Source: Camelus dromedarius
Taxonomy: Eukaryota
Assembly (NCBI RefSeq): GCF_036321535.1
Contig: NC_087450.1
Coordinates: 60,140,001-60,204,000 of the forward strand
Length of the DNA: 64,000 nucleotides
Direction: 5' to 3'
Part shown: positions 14,700 to 25,460 of the stretch, in pieces
Layout: each line of letters starts with the position of its first letter
How positions within the stretch are numbered: the first letter of the stretch is position 1
Notes under the pieces: model-generated
Databases searched by the model: none
What the model saw: only the letters and a program-made list of their open reading frames with translations
What the model was told of the DNA's origin: nothing
Position numbers and translations under genes: made by a program

Positions 14700-15068
14700 A
14701 TCTATTGATATTGAAGTTTAGAAGGCGCTCTTCGATATTTTGATCATCTCCCGGTATGTAGAAGTTCTTCTCATTTGAATACTTTCCTGAAAGTCTCCCT
14801 AAAATACAGAAATTTTCGATATGAAAATTCCAGGTATGGGGGATAACCTTGGCATCCTTCCTCCCTGATGGCCGGAAACTCCTTGTGTGATGACGAATGG
14901 AAACAAAGTCAGAGACTGGGTGTTGCCGTCCCTCAGATTCCGCTTCATGGGCCACTCCTTTCCAGTGCCGCTTTGGTACGGCGCAGGTGAAGGGCCCCAA
15001 GAGGTTCTGAAGGCTTGTAACGGAACTAGTGACTCTTTCAAAGATATTCCTTAAGATATATTCAAATC
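14700..15068 (-). CDS. Putative 369-nt internal coding exon (FEYILRNIFERVTSS...EERLLNFNINR), gene unidentified
   Basis: Acceptor ttattatttcttgcag|GA; donor GAT|gtaagt; only one frame open; symmetric phase 1-1; CpGs retained in an otherwise AT-rich stretch. Confidence 0.5.
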
Positions 15069-15939
15069 CTGCAAGAAATAATAAATGAGGGAATAATCAG
15101 GGACATTTATTTCTCAGGGTGTAACTGTAATGCTGCCTCTCCACACTCAAAATTTATGACGAGTGAGAATTTTTGGTGAGTGGAATGCATTATGCTAGGG
15201 AAAAAAATTAATGGCCATCTGTAAAAGTGGGGATGGCTGGCAAATCTGTTACGCGTGTTGTAATAAAAGTGGTTTATTGGGCTATCGTGGTCAGACAGAG
15301 GAGCCAAATGCTGCAGACTCCTCTGGGGAACATGCTTGGACTTAATTCTCTTTTCCCTGACACTGGTACCACCACTCTCTGAAGCACTGCTCTTCTGGCC
15401 CATTCCGAAGGATTTTTATAAAATGGGCTCTTTCTGGATTGCTGGGCTTGGACCAACAGGATCTGCTTTGGAGCCCCAGGATTCTAGCTGAAAACGAAAA
15501 TTTGGCTCAGATAAACTCTAAGGTCCCTTGCAAACAGTGCTTCTAGGATACGAAATCCCTTCTCGTGAATAAAGTCTAAAAAAAAAATCTAGTCAGCCTG
15601 CACTCAGCGCCACTTCAGTATTGTGTAAGAACGATGTGCGCACCAGCTTTCAAAAACGTTACGTTCCGGAAAGTAAGGAAGTGCTCAGGGAACAAGGACC
15701 TGTGTGAAAAGGCACAGGAGTCAGCCTGAGGGAGAGGCCACTGGCCAAACAGGAGACAACAAGCATCAAAGACCCGGGAGCAATGGCAGAACAGCTGGCA
15801 GCACCCCTGGATAACATGAGCCCGCGCGGACGTGACTCAGTCAGCCGGGAAGGCGAAGCGCAAACCCTTCCAGTCTCCACGATGCTGGCTGTGCTCGCTT
15901 GGCTAAGGTGGTGTCTGCCAGGTTTCTTCCTGCCAAGGT

Positions 15940-16300
15940 ACTATTTTTTTTTCCCCTGTGTTAAACATTGCTACCTTGGGTTGAGGCGCTTCTCATCAAA
16001 ACCTCTCTGTTAGCACCTTCAGCGATGCCTTCCTGAGGAAGTTGTTACTGCGACGGTTGCCACAGAGCGACTCTAATCTTACCGTGTTTCTGCATTCCTA
16101 ATTCGGCATCCTGTTGTAAGTCAGAGCCCCACCCGCCCCCTCCATTTGTTATTTATTTGTTTGTTTATATCAGTGTGGGCTCACAGGCTCCGGGCGGCGG
16201 TTATACGGAGATGCCTTACACTGTTCTTGCTGGTTTTCTGTATGTCTGGAATTATTTTAAAATCTAATGTTTACGAAAATAGTACACACGTCCACCAGCA
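15940..16300 (-). mobile_element. L1MC-like 3' fragment, CpG-enriched
   Basis: 'ccttcctgaggaagttgttactg...ccatttgttatttatttgtttgtttatatcagtgtgggctca' resembles an antisense L1MC 3'UTR. Confidence 0.65.
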
Positions 16301-16379
16301 AATTGGAGATGAGTCTTTGGCCTCAGCTGCTTTCTTGACTCAAACTGCCCCGGGCTGCCTTTGCTTTTGCAGTTGTCAC

Positions 16380-16960
16380 CACCGTCTCCTCAGGACTCGG
16401 CAACCTGAGAGCCCAGGCTGGCCACCGGCACGGTAACAGAGCAGCACTTCTCGGCGATAGCCACATCTCCCCCAGAAGCCCGTCCTTTCAGAGTCGCCAG
16501 GGGAGCGCGAAGGAGTCTCGCGTGGTTGTCTCGCGTCCCGTCCTGCCCTCCACGTGGAGCAGTGGGGCTCTCTGCACCCCAGTGCACCCCTGGTGCGAAA
16601 TGCACCCGAGTCGAGTTCCTTGCTTGTTTTCATGGGCTTGCTCTTGGTTCCAGCAGGCACCATCTGTCTCCTTAAGACGGACGCCCTTCATGCCCTTGTT
16701 CCTCTCCTGTTACCTGACCACAAGACAAGCCCTCTCGTACCCTCCATGTCTTGCTGAGATTTTACTACCCAGCTCTTCTCCTTCCATGCCCTCTTCTCCT
16801 GAAGCTCGCGCACAGGTTGCGGCAACGAGACGGAAATTAGAGGGCGCCCCGAGTGGTCCTCACCTCTCACCCAGCCCTGGGCCGGGGACCTGGCGTCGGC
16901 TATGTTCACTTAAACTCTCACTTGCCATAGCTTTTCTCATTGTTTTCTGCTTATAAATTC
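16380..16960. promoter_or_regulatory. CpG-rich patch (CpG-island-like)
   Basis: Visibly dense CpG (gcgcga, ctcgcgt, cgcgtcccg); obs/exp not computed. Confidence 0.45.
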
Positions 16961-17227
16961 TTGGGAAACTCTCCTCAAATTCTCTACACTAGACTAGCTC
17001 GTGCGGCTCTGCATTCCGTTCTTCTGGGAGGGCAGCGGTTTATGCCTGTTGTCCCCCTTCACTCACAAAAACGTCTCTGTGCTGATGACGTATTTATTAT
17101 CGGTCAGCCTGTCCACAGGGGCAAAGCTTGGATTCAACCATACACTGCTGCCTATTGTCGGTTTTTCCTCCAAACTTCAGACCAGCTGGGTAGGAAGATT
17201 ATGATTTCAGACCATACTCAGGGTTGC

Positions 17228-17230
<3 letters not shown>

Positions 17231-17288
<58 letters not shown>
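17231..17288. repeat. (GT)29 microsatellite
   Basis: Perfect run, seen directly. Confidence 0.97.
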
Positions 17289-17290
<2 letters not shown>

Positions 17291-17399
17291 CTGGTGGGGT
17301 TGAGGGACCTCTATCCCCGTTTTGTTTTCATGGTTCTGCCTGAAGACAACCAACTAGGTAAGACACTGAGTGAAGGAGAAGGCGTGAAGAAAGGTGTCC

Positions 17400-18150
17400 A
17401 TAGGTAGATTTCTCTATGGCCGGACTAGGGCTTGGGATTTTAGAGAAAACACGTGCGGGGGGATCGTGGAGAGAAGCACGTATCCAGCCTACACCTCTGC
17501 GCAGCCCCGCCCCGGTCAGGCGCCCTGCAGCCCGCGATGCCATGTGGCCGTGATTTGGGGAAAGGGTGGGGGATGTTAAGGCCCATGTGGAGAATCTAAT
17601 TTAACACAGATGGAGATGCGTGCGGGGCCTAGGAGCAAACGCAGCCTTGGGGGAGCACAGAGGAAGGGCCACTGCAGCAACCAGAGGGCTGCCAACTCGC
17701 GGCCCTGAGATGGGGAGCCTTCGAGTGCGTCTCCCAGACACGTGTGATGTGGGAGATGTTTCAGTGTGGCTGTGAGAACCGGAGGGCGCAGGGCCTTGAG
17801 AGTCAAGCCAGGGACAGGGCTCCTCAGGGGCCGTGCTGTGCATGGAATGGACAGCACCGTCTGTCACCTGAAGGTTGAAATGGGACTGTAGGAGGACAGA
17901 CACGTCTTCCTAGATGTCTCAACGTGTCCGCTTTCCCATTTACCTCTGAGGAGCCCGTTCCTGCACACCGGGACTCCTGGTGGGTGGTGGGCACCTGGGG
18001 GGGGACTTAGCCTGGGGGGGGGGCGCTGCGCCGGGGACGGGCGGGGCTGCAGCGGGGCTGGGACTCGGGGATTTCTCTCAGTTCAGAATGACAGAAAGTC
18101 AAGTTCAAGGTTACCCCAGGCACGGGGGAGCCTAATCCCTTCCAGCCGTG
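17400..18150. promoter_or_regulatory. GC/CpG-rich candidate promoter or enhancer with GC box and G-tracts
   Basis: GGGCGGGG near 18039; multiple G4-G10 runs at 17982-18070; many CpG. Confidence 0.45.
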
Positions 18151-18489
18151 TAGCCCTGACCTGTTTCTGAGCCTTTTTTCCTCCTAACTCCTCGGGCACA
18201 GGGCCCTGGAGCAGGAATCAGCCCGGGCTTCTGATCTCAAGTCAGTGACTTATTCTGCAGCCTCAGAGGAGTCACTGACAGGAAGGGAAACTGACATTTC
18301 TGCGCACATACGGTGTGTTGGCCTCAGCCGTTCACATCCATCGTGCACCCACATGCATGTATGAACTGCCACCGTGTGGCAGGCGTTGAGCTGGGTGCTG
18401 GCTATACAGGCGTCAGCGCATCAGAAGTGGGATGCTTAGGACTCACTCTGTCCCCTGGGGAGGTGGCATTTACCTCCATCAGCCAGTTG

Positions 18490-18660
18490 AGGACAGTGGC
18501 ACACAGACAGGGTAAGTATCTTGCCCGAAGTCACACAGGAATACGGTAGGCCAGAGACTGACGGACTGATCTCTCTGATTTAAAGCCTCAGTTTTCCCTC
18601 ACTTACAAAAATATGATGGTTGACCTAGAATTGCTTCTATGAGCCTTCATATCTCTAAAA
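18490..18660. mobile_element. MIR fragments in opposite orientations
   Basis: 'gtaagtatcttgcccgaagtcacacag' and 'gcctcagttttccctcacttacaaaaat'. Confidence 0.55.
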
Positions 18661-20299
18661 TTCTACATTCCAGTTTTCTTCTTTTTTTAATTCTATGTAA
18701 CAGCTTTTTATGATAGCGAGGCCAGTTGTTTATCCTTTCAACACCCAGATTCTCAGAAGCCATTGTACACCAGTTGTCCTGTTCGCTTTCCAACATACGA
18801 TGTATCACTGGCAGGCCGAGACACAGTGGCAGGACGATTTCCACGCGATTAACCTTTTAAAGATACGTTGAGGACGGACCTCGTTCTGTAAGGTCAGAAA
18901 AATGGAAAGCGTTGTTCCTCATCTTGAAGGCGGGTCTCTAGGGACTTGGTAAAGGAATGAGGGGGATGAGAACCGCGTTCTCTCCAATATGTAGGTGATG
19001 GATGAGGCATTGTGTCTTGGGTGAGCCTTTGAAATGCTGCTGAGCACAACCAGGTAAAGCCCAGGTGACTGATGGGAGAGTTTCAAGCAAATCTCCTCGG
19101 ATGTGATATGGGAACGTGTCATTGTGGGGAGTTGGCAGGGTGCAGTGATTCTGGGGTCTCTTTTGACTCACAAGCCATATCCATGAGGATCCAGATGGGA
19201 CTTCTTTGGCCTGAATAGATTTGAAACACGTATCTTTAGAAGGAATGCGCATTTTTCTGCGCCCTGCAGCTTTTTTCTCCTCCTTATCGCCATATACCCA
19301 GCCACTCCGCCCCTGCGCTGACACTGGAGGGTCATCTGGAGGTGCCACCCCCCAGTGCGGCAGGAAGGGCCGGCGACAAGGTGGCAGGGTGGGAAGGACG
19401 CAGGCGGCCTTGGTCCCAGGCACACTTTGGTCCTCACTGGCTTGTGTTCTTGGTCCATTTAGCTAATATTCTGGACATAACTGGTTCCCTTCTGACAAAT
19501 CGAGCAAGACATTTGCAGGCTATCTCCGAGATTTAGAAGTAAGAAATGATGGGAAAGAACCCAACTTATGAGTCACTCATAGTTGCTGCTCCTTAAATGA
19601 CGGCTGTCGCTTCCCTCTTCACCTGTTTGTTTCCACACTTAGTGATCACGTAGCACCTGCTTCTTGACCGCACCTGCTTCAGGGGCTACAATGAGATGAA
19701 AGTGTTACTTGATTTTCAGGGAGTGAGGCAGTTCATCTCCTCACTCTGGTAACCGAGAACAGAGGGGCTGGCTGCAGGATCCCCCTGACTCCTCCACTCC
19801 CTCGGTTCTGTGGCCTCCACGGGAAGCGCCGCTTTCCCCTGTAATGAAGAGACATCTGGTTCACACCCTGCTCCCTGTCTGGATGGCACGTGCCTAACTA
19901 GCTCATTGTCTTCTGAGGCTCTTTGTCTGAGAGGGGCGGGCGGATCTGTTAATTCAGTGGCTTGTGCGGAACTTTCGTCACACAGTCAATTACAGGAGTC
20001 TTTGAACGGCATTGCTGAAAACGTGTTTGACTTAATCATTTCTGACAGCAGTGGGGATGGGGCTGCAAATCAGCATACTGCACACAGGAACGTCATTAGC
20101 GGACGGGTCTCAGGGCACCGATCTGCCCCTCTGTGTGTTCTCAGGGTGACTGTACTGATAAACGTCACCTCTTTATGACATACTCTGATCACCTCTACCA
20201 GCAGGTTAAAAATAATTGGCTATCTGATTTTTTGCCAGCCCAGGGAACTTCCTCTAATCCTTAACAACAGCAGGAACCACCACCACCAAACAGTGCAGA

Positions 20300-20540
20300 G
20301 GAAAGTAACGGATAAGAGTGAGGCTCTGGGGTCGGATCACCGGGTTCAAACACCAGGGGTACCACCTACTGGCCCTGTGACTGGAGCCAATGAATTGACC
20401 CCTCTGTGCCTCAGTTTTCTCATCTGTAAAAGAGTGTCGGTGAAAGAACACTAGGAGCCATCTTACCAGTGGGGGAGAATACACGTGAAGCGCCTGGTCC
20501 AGCGCCTGGCACACTGTAAGCCCTTAATAAAGGTGAGGAA
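20300..20540 (+). mobile_element. MIR
   Basis: 'ccctctgtgcctcagttttctcatctgtaaaagag...gcgcctggcacactgtaagcccttaataaa'. Confidence 0.8.
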
Positions 20541-20609
20541 CTGCATTCATTACCGAGGGCGGGCACACCGCCCACTGCTCTGTCCACGTCAGTGCCAACG
20601 TGAGGCTCA

Positions 20610-20830
20610 CCAGTGCTAAGTGCTTTTTCATGCCAAGCTCCACGTGCTTTACACGTAGTAACTCATTTTGCCCTTCAGCACATTTGATAAATAAAAATAT
20701 TTTTGTTTCAAAATGGAGGAATCTGAGTGCTAACAGAAACTGGATGTAAACCCCCGTTTATGTGATGGGGCAAGTCTATGCCTGAGATCAGGGCTCTGAG
20801 AATACCGTAGCTCTTAAACTGCTGGCTTGT
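20610..20830 (-). mobile_element. MIR
   Basis: 'gtgctttacacgtagtaactcattttgcc...caaaatggaggaatctgagtgc'. Confidence 0.65.
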
Positions 20831-20953
20831 CATCATATTCTGGACCAGTGACCTTATAACTCAGACATTTGGCTGTTCTTCTGGAAATTAGGGTGCTGGA
20901 GAAAGGGGGACAAAGGGGAAAACTTCCTTTTCACTCTTGTACAACACAGAGAC

Positions 20954-21006
20954 TGTTGACAGAAATAATCAACAGACAATCTGTAATAGGAATAGAAAAG
21001 AGTTTT
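20954..21006 (-). mobile_element. ERV LTR, 3' (U5) piece separated by the L1 insertion
   Basis: Starts tgttgac (terminal CA on minus) and continues at 24056 across the TSD. Confidence 0.6.
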
Positions 21007-21015
21007 GGAGAGAAG

Positions 21016-21026
21016 CAAGATGGCGG
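21016..21026 (+). promoter_or_regulatory. YY1 site of the L1 internal promoter
   Basis: CAAGATGGCGG about 10 nt from the element start, the known position of the L1 YY1 site. Confidence 0.75.
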
Positions 21027-22322
21027 AGTAGAAGGACACCCGTGGCTCACGCCTTCCCCCAAATATACCAAAACTCACATCTATGGACCCCCTCAGCCAA
21101 CCAGGGCACCTGCCGAACTCCGACAGAACATCGCTCTCTTTGAAAGACAAAGACGCCCAAAATCTGATAGGAGAAGAGGAAAAAAGAAAGAAAAAAAAGC
21201 AAAACAGAGCAGGACCGGTCCCGCAGGGAGGGAGCGGCAAAGGAGGACTGGCGCTCGTTCGCTGTGTCTCCCCCTTCAACAGAGAGGCCAGCGGGATGGA
21301 GGGGGAGCCTCTGGGGCTCAGATCTGCCCCGAGCACCCCTTGACCGACAGAACTGAGTTAAATGGGCACAGAGGGTCCCCAAGTCACCCAGCCCGAGACG
21401 CGGGCCAGCAGCTGGGAGCCAGGCCAGGCCACCCAAGCCGGGCAGAGGACGGGGGCAGATGCACTGAGGTGGCCCTGGGGGACTGCAGAGGGCTGCGTGC
21501 TGAGGCCAGGAGGGGATACAGAGCAGAGCAAACTTGGTCCCCCATAAATTGCAAAAAAAGCAAAGCAACACTGCCGGTGTGCCCTGGGGGGAGGGGCACC
21601 ATAGCCTTTATCTTCTCAGACCTGCACCGCCATTACTGGCACTTCTCGCAAGAAGAGAGGCGGGCGCAGCCGCAGCCGCCATCTCCTCCTGCTGGGGGGG
21701 GGGGGGGGCTGGGGCCTGAAGCCACACCTGGGGGCTCCACGGCCTCCTGGGCAGGACTGAGACGTGTTTACAGCCCGAGACAGATAGGATCCTTCTGCCC
21801 TGATACCTCAGAGAACTTGTGCCACCAAGACAAACAAGGAGCTGAGATTTGGCATGGAGCAGAGGTGGGGCTGTGCCGCGGTCTTCCCCGAGCCCGCCTT
21901 CGGAGCGCCGACCAGAAGCGAAGTGGGCAGCTGCACAGAACAGCAGAGCTACCAGTGCTGGGAAAGGACTGGTGGTCACCCGCCGTCCTGGCAGGAATGC
22001 AGCACCTGACCACGGTGCTGGGAGGGGGTGAAATCCGCCCACCTGCCTTGCCTGAGCACAACATTTGAAGGGGAGTGACCCGCCTGCCCACAGGATAAGA
22101 GCTCAGCACCTGACCCAGTGTTGGGAGGGGGCGTGATCTGCTAGCCAACAGCCACTGGGAGCAGCACAGATGAGGGCGCCAACAGAGGGCCTCTGGAAAC
22201 AGCAAGCTGAGTTTGCAAAACAGGGTGAAGACACAAAGACCTCTTGATAAAGTCATTAAGAGCACACCATCTTCAGGACAACTAGATAACTGATACTCCT
22301 TAAGCCACTGTACCAGAGAGAT

Positions 22323-23224
22323 ATGAGCAATATGAAGAAGCAGAGAAACCACTCCCAATTAAAAGATCAAGAGAAATCCCCTGAAAACACGATCAAGGAA
22401 ATAGACATTGATGGCCTACTAGATCAAGATTTCAAAAAAGGAGTGATCAAAGTACTGAAGGAACTAAAAGAAATAGTGTTTAGAGATATAAAATATGTCA
22501 AAAATGAAACAGAAGCTATAAAGAAGGACCAAGTAGAATTAGCAAACTCATTTGCTGAGATGAGAGCTGACCTAAAGGCTGTACAAAGCAGGCTAGATAA
22601 TGCAGAGGAACGAGTAAGTGACCTAGAAGACAGAACAACAGGAAGCACCCAATCAGAACAGATGAGAGAAAAACAAATAAAAAACAGTGAAGACAATATA
22701 AGGGACCTATGGGATAATATAAAGCCTGCCAATCTACGCATAATAGGGGTTCCAGAAGGGGAAGAAAAAACAAAGGGGATTGAAAAGGTATTTGAAGAAA
22801 TCATAACTGAAAACTTCCCAAACCTAAAGAAGGAATCAGATATCCAAGTACAGGAGGCTCAGAGGGCCCCAAACAGGAAGAACCCAAATAGACCCATGCC
22901 AAGGCATATCATAATCAAAATGGCCAGAGTCAAGGATAAAGAAATGATCCTCAAGGTAGCAAGAGAAAAACAAAGAGTGAGTTACAAGGGAACCCCCATA
23001 AGGCTCTCAGCTGATTTCTACACACAAACACTACAGGCCAGAAGGGAGTGGCAAGATACATTCAAAGTCTGAATGAAAAAAAGATGCGGCCTAGGATATT
23101 CTATCCAGCAAGGCTATCCTTTAGAATAGAAGGAGAGATAAAGAAATTCACAGACAAGCAAAAACTAAAAGAATTTAGCAACACTAAACCCATGCTAAAA
23201 GAAATACTGACAGGTTTACTCTAA
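22323..23224 (+). pseudogene. L1 ORF1p (coiled coil, RRM, CTD) with a 1-nt deletion near 23069
   Basis: MSNMKKQRNHSQLK...RLSADFYTQTLQARREWQDTFKV, premature TGA 23070-23072; the shifted frame continues LNEKKMRPRILYPARLSFRIEGEIKKFTDKQKLKEF...GLL* to 23224. Confidence 0.92.
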
Positions 23225-23367
23225 ATAGAAAAGCAGCAGGATGCTACAGAAATGATAAACTCACAACTGGAAAGGAGATAACTGCCATGAATTACAAAAA
23301 GAATAAACACAAAATTGTAAAAGAAGACATTTAAATCACTAAGAGTGGGAGAGGGAAGCAAGGAAAG

Positions 23368-23700
23368 CCACTGTGGAAAACAGTATGGAGATTCCTCAAA
23401 AGACTAGAAATAGACTTACCATGTGACCCAGGAATCCCGCTCCTGGGCATATATCCAGAAGGACCCCTATTTCAAAATGACACCTGCACCCCAATGTTCA
23501 TAGCAGCACTATTTACAATAGCCAAGATATGGAAGCAGCCTAGATGTCCATCAGCAGATGACTGAGTAAAGAAGATGTGGTATAATTTATACAGTGGAAT
23601 ATTATTCAGCCACAAAAACCGACAACATAACGCCATTTGCAGCAACATGGATGTTCCTGGAGAATGTCATACCAAGTGAAGTAAGCCAGAAAGAGAAGGA
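23368..23700 (+). pseudogene. L1 ORF2 C-terminal remnant
   Basis: PLWKTVWRFLKRLEIDLPCDPGIPLLGIYP...CTPMFIAALFTIAKIWKQPRCPS, then a stop and degeneration. Confidence 0.9.
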
Positions 23701-24055
23701 AAAATACCATGTGAGATGGCTCACATGAGGAATCTTATAAAAACAAAAACAAAACATAAATACAAAACAGAAACAGACTCATAGACATAGAATACAAACT
23801 TGTGGTTGCCAAGGGGGCGGGGAGTGAGAAGGGACAGACTGGGATTTTAAAATGCAGAATAGATAAACAAGATTATACTGTATAGCACAGGGATATATAA
23901 ACAAGATCTTGTGGTAGTTCATAGCGAAAAAAATGTAACAATGAATATATATAGATTCATGTATAACTGAAAAATTGTGCTCTACACTAGAATTTGATAA
24001 AACATTGTAAAATGACTATCACGCAATAAAAAAATGTAAAAAAAAAAAAAGTTTT

Positions 24056-24663
24056 ATTTGCACCACACCGAGAACTATAGCCTGGGAGACACAGATTTAA
24101 GATGCGCTTGGACTATACTCCACCAGACTGCAGGATGGGGAGGGTTGTAAAGGCAAAACTCACAAAATTATATACGTTGTTTGTCAAGAATTGTAACCAG
24201 AGCTGGCAAGAAGTAAGGGTGCTTGTTAAGCAAGGATTGGTTGGGGTCTGAAATGGCTGCACAGTCACAAGGGAATACCTTGAGAACATGAGGTTGCAGC
24301 AGGCAGATGCCAGCAGATGTTGTTTTGAGAATGGCTGGCGGTGTCTTTGAGTCTGACACAGCACAAAAATGTTCGTGGGGCTCCCAGGGATGCGGGGTTG
24401 TGTCTAAAACCACACCCACCACGACCACCCAGCTCCATTTTGAAAGCCTGAACCACAGTGACTCCATTTTGATTTTTAAATGCATTCTGTCCTTTAATGA
24501 TTAAAGCAGGTGCACAGTGTTGTGACTGATGGACTGTAAGACAGGCTGTTCTGCTTAGCATCAAGTTCAAGTTAAATCATGTGTAAGCCAGGACGACTTC
24601 CCATACTTCAACAAGTGAAATTTCTTTCGTCAAGGCGAAGGCAGAATCTTGTATTTCCGTACA
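24056..24663 (-). mobile_element. ERV (ERV1-like) LTR, main body
   Basis: Ends ...ccgtaca (TG start on minus); minus-strand TATATAA at 24168-24174 and AATAAA at 24053-24058; repeated ctccattttg motifs. Confidence 0.65.
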
Positions 24664-24949
24664 GTTTTCTGACACACACGTGAGAGGTCAGCTGCATGTA
24701 AACTGCTGGATGAACACGTGTGGTCCCGGACACGGCGACGTGACAGGTGGGGCCTCTTCTTCTCCAGAGACGTGACTGTTTCTCCTTCTCTTCCCTCTCC
24801 TCCTTATCCTTGCTCTTCTTCTTTTAAATCAGTGTCAGTGTTTATCCACCCCTCTCTCAGCTTTGCTCTGGCCATTCACCCTTTCTGGTGAAACACTCGA
24901 TGAGATCGTGCCATGTTGTAGAACCTCGCGACTCAAAATGTACTCTGTA

Positions 24950-25100
24950 GTCTGGCCACGTGGACGTCCCCCGGCTGCTTATTAGACATGTGGAACCTCA
25001 GGCTGCACCCCAGTCCTACTGAGTCAGAGTCTGCATCTTAACAAGATCCACAGGGAACTATTTGCCTGTTAAAGTCAGAGAGCCTCTGGGCTAGAAGGAG
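24950..25100. mobile_element. MER5A-like hAT MITE
   Basis: 'cctcaggctgcaccccagtcctactgagtcagagtctgcatcttaacaagatcc'. Confidence 0.8.
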
Positions 25101-25104
25101 CGTG

Positions 25105-25460
25105 GGCTTGGGCTCCTAAAAAAACTAGATCTGAATCCTGGCACCCCCATTTATTATCTCTACTGCCTTGGAAAAATGCATAACCCTCCTGAAGCTGTTT
25201 TCTGAGCCATAAAATAAGCTTAATAATATCTTGCAAGATTGTTGTAGGAATTGGTGATAGTAAAAGTAACTACATTTATTGCTCTGTACCTGCTACTGTA
25301 TGAAGTGTTTGACAACCGTATTCTTTCTTAATTCATCTTTCAAAGAAACGATTAAATAGGAGCTCGCTATATCTCTGGGTGCAAATGAGGAGACTCAGTT
25401 TAAGAAGGGGAAGTGCCATGCTCAGGGGTGCAAGTCACTAGGTGGTAAAATCAGCACTTA
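25105..25460. mobile_element. Two MIR fragments
   Basis: 'tctgaatcctggcacccccatttattatc...ccttggaaaaatg' and 'caaatgaggagactcagtttaagaagggg'. Confidence 0.6.

Larger units (their letters stand above)
21007..24050 (+). mobile_element. Young LINE-1 derivative: 5'UTR + ORF1 + ORF2 C-terminus + 3'UTR + poly(A), lacking EN/RT
   Basis: Starts ggagagaagcaagatggcgg; GC-rich 5'UTR; ORF1 at 22323; AATAAA 24025-24030; A-tail; TSD aaaagagtttt (20996-21006) vs aaaaaagtttt (24045-24055). Confidence 0.93.

Noticed and set aside
22424-22804. Antisense ORFs within L1 ORF1
   Set aside because: Shadow frames of an A-rich coding strand
20949-24670. TSD for the interrupted LTR
   Set aside because: Flanks (agac versus gttt) do not match, so the LTR ends remain approximate
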